Positions 60,341 to 64,000 of a stretch of DNA of 64,000 bases are shown one piece after another (position 1 is the stretch's first letter; the number at the start of each line of letters is the position of its first letter). A program made the position numbers and the translations under genes. Source of the stretch: Barthelona sp. PAP020 (taxonomy: Eukaryota); NCBI GenBank assembly GCA_040182905.1, contig JARQWU010000001.1, positions 1 through 64,000 of the forward strand, given 5' to 3'. The notes beneath the pieces were generated by a model. It was not told the DNA's origin. It made no database searches and saw nothing but the letters and a program-made list of their open reading frames with translations.

Positions 60341-63300
60341 TTATTTACTTATATTAACAACACATAATTCACAATTGTTGGGTACCAAAAAATTTTCATT
60401 GTGGAATTCTTTATTTTTTGAAAAAGTATATCTCAAACGTCTTCTTTGAGTTAATAATTCCGAATAGGCATGATTTTTTTTAATACTAGATCGATTTGTC
60501 ACATTTTTTACACATTTTGAATGGAAATTATGATTACAAAAGTGTATACAAGTACCTTCATTACTCAATCCATAATTGACAGGTTTTAATCCCTTCAAAG
60601 GCTCATCTATAACAGGTTGATCAACAACATGTGAATTATTGATTGATTCATAACAACAAGCACAAACATTCCTTGAATTGTCCTCAGGATTGAAAAAAAT
60701 TGATTCTTTCTGTTTTTGTTTCACACTTTCAAACATGTTGTTCACATCACACCTAGCCAAATGTGAAGCAGAGCTCATGTATTCTTTAGCATTTCTAAAT
60801 TTCTTCAAAACACTCAATATCTGTTTCCCAAGTGTAGAAAATGCAACATCACCAGGTAAGGCTTCAATAACTCTGTTCAAAAGGGTTAAATTGCTTAAAT
60901 CATATATCTCACCAATCAAGCAATTGAGTTCTTCGTAGGAACGTTGATTTTGTGCTAAATGACAACATTCATCAATTAAACGTTCTAAAAGACCTTCATG
61001 TCTCACACATAAATTAACAGCCTCTTTAATTTTCATTTTAGTATTGACATAATACCGATGTATTATGATCAACAAAGCTTCTTCTGTTTGATGAAGCTTT
61101 TCCAAAATAAAAACCGTTGTTTCCAAAAGTTGTTGATTCAATTCATAGTCTTCTGATTTCTTAAGTAAGTCATTGATTTTATCCAATGCAAAACGAAAAT
61201 AGGATGGATCCATTGATTTAATAATGTTCAAAAGATCCATTGGATTAAATCTACACCATAATTCAATGATTTGCGGATGATACTTGACTAAAGAAGATTG
61301 ATTTAACTTGAAATAAGATGAAGACATTGTAAAATATTCAAACAAATATCTGTCATACTCTTTCAACATATCAATAATGACAATTTTATCAATATTTGTT
61401 TTCAAGATACAATTACTGGCTTTTCTGACATTTGTAGCAAACAAGTTTAAAATTATTTCTTTATTCCAATTCATATCATCAAAATTAGCATCAATAACTT
61501 TAAAAACTAAAGAACTATGCCCCTCCAACAAATAGTGAATCTTTTCTTTAAAATCAGAAATCATTTCTGCGACAATTTCCAAATGATGTCTTTTGCTTAT
61601 CAGATTTTCTTCTTTAAGAATAATAGGAAGACTAAAAGAGATGATTGACTTGATAATATCATCATTAATGTTGTATACTTTCAAAAAAGAAGGCTGAACA
61701 AAATCGATGATGGTCTTTATGGTCTCAATATCATCATCAATTTCAACAGTTGTTAGAATATGACAGATAAACTTTTCAAAAAAATCAGCTTTCAAACAAC
61801 AAATGTTCCTTGGTAACTTTTTCATAAAAAACAAATAGTTAGCAAAAATAAATTCTTCTGATATGTTCAAATTCTCTTGAAACTCTGTACCATCCACATT
61901 TTCTTTTGAAAAGTACTGAAAGAATCTTTCAATTGTTTCCAATTTCTTTTTTAGCAATTCAGATTTATTTATCCCTTGGCCAACAACGCTTTGATACTGT
62001 CTCACAAACAAAGCTTCATTCTGCTCAATAGTGTCAAATCTCTTCAATTTCAGCAATTGCTTCCACAAAACACATAATTGCTGCAATTTCAGATATGTAT
62101 CTCCCTGAAACATATCATCAAAGACAATATCATAGAACTTTTCAAAATTTTGATTTTCCAAATGGCATATCTTATGATAGTATTTAAAAAGCCATAAATG
62201 ATAGAATTCTGCCTCAATAAATCCATACAATCTCAACATTTGTAGCAAATCAATGATAATGTTCATTTGAACAATCCCTTTACTCTTTTTAAACAATTGA
62301 CTGATGTAATTTTCAACATCATGTGGTAAAATGGTGCTGATATTAGAATTCAGATGTTGCAAAGAAATTAAAACCTGATTGATAAGTTGATCTCTTTCAT
62401 CAACTCTCAAAGAAATCACATGATCATACAAAAATTGAAATAAATGAAAGGCATTGATACAACCATTTGTTTCCAATTTGGAAAGTAAGTCAACGTATCT
62501 TGATAACAATAAATTATTAAATTGCAGGGGCTGCAAAAGTTGAGTCCATTCCATCAATGTCAATTGTACTCCGTTTACAACGAAATAGCATGCCAACACA
62601 TCAAAGGAAGTATTTAAAGTTTCAGAATGTATCTTGTCATTTTTGCCTAAAAGCATCAAGAGATACTCAATCCCCTCATTATAGATTGAACATCCCCTGT
62701 TCATCACACGAACAGCATATTCAAACGTTCTAACCTCATAAAAAAGATACATAAATTTCACAAATATCAAAATAGGATTATGTTCAACAGAAATAGCCTC
62801 TTTGTTATCAAACAAATACTTTTTTAAAATATTAAACGCATCTTTCGTTGAAGATTTGATACCTTCATTGTTTCCATTCATCCAATGAGCTTTTGCTTGC
62901 TCAATCAACTCATTGACCCATAAAAAAATAATTTTTGATAGAGTATGATCTTGTGTGCGTTTATCTTCCAAAGTCAACAGGATCTTAACAGCATTTTCAT
63001 ATTGACAACTGTTAATGGCAAAAGAAATTCTATCAACAGCAGTTTCAGCTCTCATAGAGTACAAATTCCCTTCGTTAATACATAAAACACGTAATAACTC
63101 ATCTCCAAACATAGAATTTAAAAGTGGGAAATTCTTGACAACACACTTATCGTTAAGAAGAATCTGGGGAATGGAAGCACTCACAGGTGTTCTTGAACCA
63201 CTAATATGAACCAAATCACTGGAATATAAATGCATTTCAGTACAAACTGGAGTCTGAAGTAACACCAACAGATAATTATCAATCAATTCTTCCTTTACTA

Positions 63301-64000
63301 AAACTGGAAACAATCCCAATGATACAATCGAATGTGAAAAAATCAGTGATATATCATTTGATTGAACTAAAGAGATTTGAGGCTCAATATTCAATACAAA
63401 TCGAGTTAATTTCTTATTTATAGCAACAAATAAATAAGTTTGGCCAGATTTTGCATCATCAAAAACACACATATGTGGTTGTTTCGTTGAATCATCCACG
63501 TTACGAACTATTATACGCTTCAACGTCTGTGTATTGAATAAGGATAAATTTGAGGTCGATAAAGCAACTAAACAATTTCCAATCCAAATTAGTTGATGAA
63601 AATAACTCCCACCATCATAAATCATTTCTTCATTTGTTCCCCAAAATGTACCTCTTGATATACACATCAACTTTCCACCTTTTGAACCAACAATTACACG
63701 TTTAGTTCTTTCAAAATCAGGATCCATCGCAACACAACTCAAAGCCCATCTTAAATTGCATCCCCATGAAGACCCAGAAGCTTGAACGGGATGAACCATC
63801 AATTGCCCTGTATTAGAAATCATACATAGGTGTTGGTTTAAAGGATCACACACAATATCAGTTGTGTGATTTCCATGTTTAGAATTTACTGGCTCAAAAG
63901 CTTTATCGTGTTTCGAGGTTCTTTTTCCAAATGAATTAAATACAAGTACACTTCCTTTTGATGTACCCAAAAAATAATAATATTGTCCAACACCTAAACT
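60341..64000 (-). CDS. VPS41: HOPS subunit VPS41; 5' end lies beyond the right edge
   Basis: LGTSKGSVLVF and VAMDPDF...VIVGSKGGKL...FWG beta-propeller, then a helical solenoid and a C-terminal RING-like CACC...CNHNFHSKC...CELC. The frame stays open to base 64000. Confidence 0.8.
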   Translation of the reverse strand, partial: SLGVGQYYYFLGTSKGSVLVFNSFGKRTSKHDKAFEPVNSKHGNHTTDIVCDPLNQHLCMISNTGQLMVHPVQASGSSWGCNLRWALSCVAMDPDFERTKRVIVGSKGGKLMCISRGTFWGTNEEMIYDGGSYFHQLIWIGNCLVALSTSNLSLFNTQTLKRIIVRNVDDSTKQPHMCVFDDAKSGQTYLFVAINKKLTRFVLNIEPQISLVQSNDISLIFSHSIVSLGLFPVLVKEELIDNYLLVLLQTPVCTEMHLYSSDLVHISGSRTPVSASIPQILLNDKCVVKNFPLLNSMFGDELLRVLCINEGNLYSMRAETAVDRISFAINSCQYENAVKILLTLEDKRTQDHTLSKIIFLWVNELIEQAKAHWMNGNNEGIKSSTKDAFNILKKYLFDNKEAISVEHNPILIFVKFMYLFYEVRTFEYAVRVMNRGCSIYNEGIEYLLMLLGKNDKIHSETLNTSFDVLACYFVVNGVQLTLMEWTQLLQPLQFNNLLLSRYVDLLSKLETNGCINAFHLFQFLYDHVISLRVDERDQLINQVLISLQHLNSNISTILPHDVENYISQLFKKSKGIVQMNIIIDLLQMLRLYGFIEAEFYHLWLFKYYHKICHLENQNFEKFYDIVFDDMFQGDTYLKLQQLCVLWKQLLKLKRFDTIEQNEALFVRQYQSVVGQGINKSELLKKKLETIERFFQYFSKENVDGTEFQENLNISEEFIFANYLFFMKKLPRNICCLKADFFEKFICHILTTVEIDDDIETIKTIIDFVQPSFLKVYNINDDIIKSIISFSLPIILKEENLISKRHHLEIVAEMISDFKEKIHYLLEGHSSLVFKVIDANFDDMNWNKEIILNLFATNVRKASNCILKTNIDKIVIIDMLKEYDRYLFEYFTMSSSYFKLNQSSLVKYHPQIIELWCRFNPMDLLNIIKSMDPSYFRFALDKINDLLKKSEDYELNQQLLETTVFILEKLHQTEEALLIIIHRYYVNTKMKIKEAVNLCVRHEGLLERLIDECCHLAQNQRSYEELNCLIGEIYDLSNLTLLNRVIEALPGDVAFSTLGKQILSVLKKFRNAKEYMSSASHLARCDVNNMFESVKQKQKESIFFNPEDNSRNVCACCYESINNSHVVDQPVIDEPLKGLKPVNYGLSNEGTCIHFCNHNFHSKCVKNVTNRSSIKKNHAYSELLTQRRRLRYTFSKNKEFHNENFLVPNNCELCVVNISK

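Noticed and set aside
1..64000. Giant-virus or mobile-element origin suggested by AT-richness, no introns, TOP1, cap methyltransferase and rhamnose enzymes
   Set aside because: These genes are interleaved with core eukaryotic genes (RPN5, CDC23, VPS13, VPS41, PIG-C, ARMC2). No capsid, packaging ATPase, transposase, integrase, reverse transcriptase or CRISPR array was seen.

Overview
AT-rich, gene-dense nuclear DNA from a unicellular eukaryote. It uses the standard genetic code and I see no introns, even in an 11.5-kb VPS13 ORF. ARMC2 suggests a flagellate, and an Ldh_2-type dehydrogenase fits an anaerobic protist; both are inference. There are about 22 protein-coding loci. Housekeeping genes: TOP1, mRNA cap N7-methyltransferase, UPF2, RPN5, VPS13, ARMC2, PIG-O/G, CDC23/APC8, PIG-C and VPS41 (cut by the right edge). 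Most unusual items: (i) a Trl1-type RNA repair protein with intact kinase and 2H phosphodiesterase modules but an apparently non-catalytic ligase module; (ii) two ~2000-aa DEK1-like multi-pass membrane calpains that appear to lack the Cys/His/Asn triad; (iii) three WD40 paralogues sharing an unrecognised C-terminal motif, one intact, one singly frameshifted and one decayed; (iv) a ~255-nt structured intergenic RNA candidate; (v) an RmlC plus NRS/ER rhamnose-pathway fusion; (vi) a homologue of plant HIT4; (vii) a HEAT-CCCH protein with a prion-like tail. No rRNA, tRNA, CRISPR array or transposase was recognised. All family calls are by-eye motif recognition, not database searches.
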